Positions 63,051 to 64,000 of a stretch of DNA of 64,000 nt are shown here, piece after piece. Each line of letters starts with the position of its first letter. The stretch's first letter is position 1. The position numbers and the translations under genes are program-made. This DNA is from Vitrella brassicaformis CCMP3155 (taxonomy: Eukaryota; Protista; Chromerida). The stretch covers positions 1-64,000 of the forward strand of contig CDMY01000311.1 in NCBI GenBank assembly GCA_001179505.1, given 5' to 3'. Below the pieces are notes generated by a model that saw only the letters and a program-made list of their open reading frames with translations, was not told the DNA's origin and did not search any database.

Positions 63051-63904
63051 GTCTCGCTGCTGACATACATACCTCGAAAAGTAGTTTTTTGACTCTGTCG
63101 TCCATGCGCTCGAGGTCGTCTCTGGTGGGCCCCTCCTCGTCAGCAGTCGAGAAGAAGAGCTCCAGTGTGCTGCAGGGGCTGTCGCTGTCGCCGTCGGGCC
63201 TGACGAGCTCGACCATGTGCTGCTCGATCTGCTCCCGCCACTGCCGGTAGCCGTCCACCATTTCCAGCACACCGTGCCAGAACTCCAGCCACTCCTCCAG
63301 TTGGGTCTGACACACAATCCATCCATCCATGGGCTCATTCACGTTGGATGGACGCCACACCACCCACACAGAGACCACTTTTCACCTTTTTCCTTTCGTC
63401 TTCGGTGAGCGCGTCGGCCATTTTGACGACCGCACTGCCCTCCAGCTTGACCTCCTCCTTGGCCAGCACCCCCAGCTGGTCGAGCATCTCCTGCAACTGC
63501 TCGGTGCGGCTCTTGGCACTGGACGACTGTGGCTGCTTGCTATCGTTGATGACCTTCTGGGACAGCCTCCAGGCCGTTTCCTGCGGGTCACGGAGGTTGA
63601 AGCGGCGATACTCTTTGGGCAGGAGGAGCGAGATCTCCTCCAGGTGCTTGTTGACCCTGGTCAGCCACCCGGTCGCTTTCTTGCGGATCTGCTTCTCATT
63701 CTGACATACACACACACATGGAGAGAGGGAGAGAGATTTAGTGGTGGTGGTTGTGTTTGTGGTGGTGGTTGTGGTTGTGGTTGTGGTTGTGTTGTGTTGT
63801 GCTGTGTTGTGTTGTGGTGTGGTGTGGTGCAGACCTTGCGTTGCTTGTCCTCCTTGTTTTTGCCGTTCTTCTTGGCCTTCTTGCCGCCAGACTCAAACAC
63901 CTGA
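58408..63904 (-). CDS. Large 5'-truncated hypothetical protein: helical N-terminal exons and very long Gln/Pro/Gly-rich regions; the gap lies in an intron
   Basis: Exons NEKQIRKKATGWLTRV.., LEEWLEFWHGVLEM.., RENFVEWLPQERL.., a long polyQ/P exon at 59352-61060, SRIADIKGQLKL.. and a final P/Q/G exon; may be more than one gene. Confidence 0.6.
62082..62381. other. Assembly gap (300 N) flanked by G-runs
   Basis: Run of N bases. Confidence 1.
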
Positions 63905-64000
63905 CACACACCACACACAGACGGACGGATTGGTACACAGGGTTCCATTCCACGCCACGCTCTCTCCCTCCCTCCCTCCCTCGGTCTCTGTGCTGTGCTG

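Noticed and set aside
63335-63715. Possible CCR4-NOT subunit NOT3 N-terminus
   Set aside because: Superficial helical similarity only; no NOT3 signature residues or NOT-box found

Overview
Gene-dense, GC-rich eukaryotic nuclear DNA with many short spliceosomal introns full of (CA)n/(GT)n/(GA)n/GACA microsatellites. The gene style, and a light-dependent protochlorophyllide reductase with a bipartite plastid leader, point to a photosynthetic alveolate of the chromerid type (Vitrella-like; an inference). About 23 protein-coding genes were assembled by eye from exons, so most boundaries are approximate. Recognisable genes: a cyclic-nucleotide phosphodiesterase, a U2AF large-subunit-like protein, an SGNH/GDSL hydrolase, a TBP-like factor, a BTB protein, POR, soluble inorganic pyrophosphatase, RPB6, a HAD hydrolase, a BCS1-like AAA protein and RPL37a. 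Best leads: (1) a membrane sensor + degenerate histidine-kinase + receiver-like + intact PDE fusion; (2) introns with complementary CA-rich 5' and GT-rich 3' halves, in the same window as a U2AF65 homologue that appears to lack RRM2; (3) several apparently catalytically altered paralogues (TBP-like, BCS1-like). No rRNA, tRNA, CRISPR array or intact transposon was recognised. One 300-N assembly gap is present.
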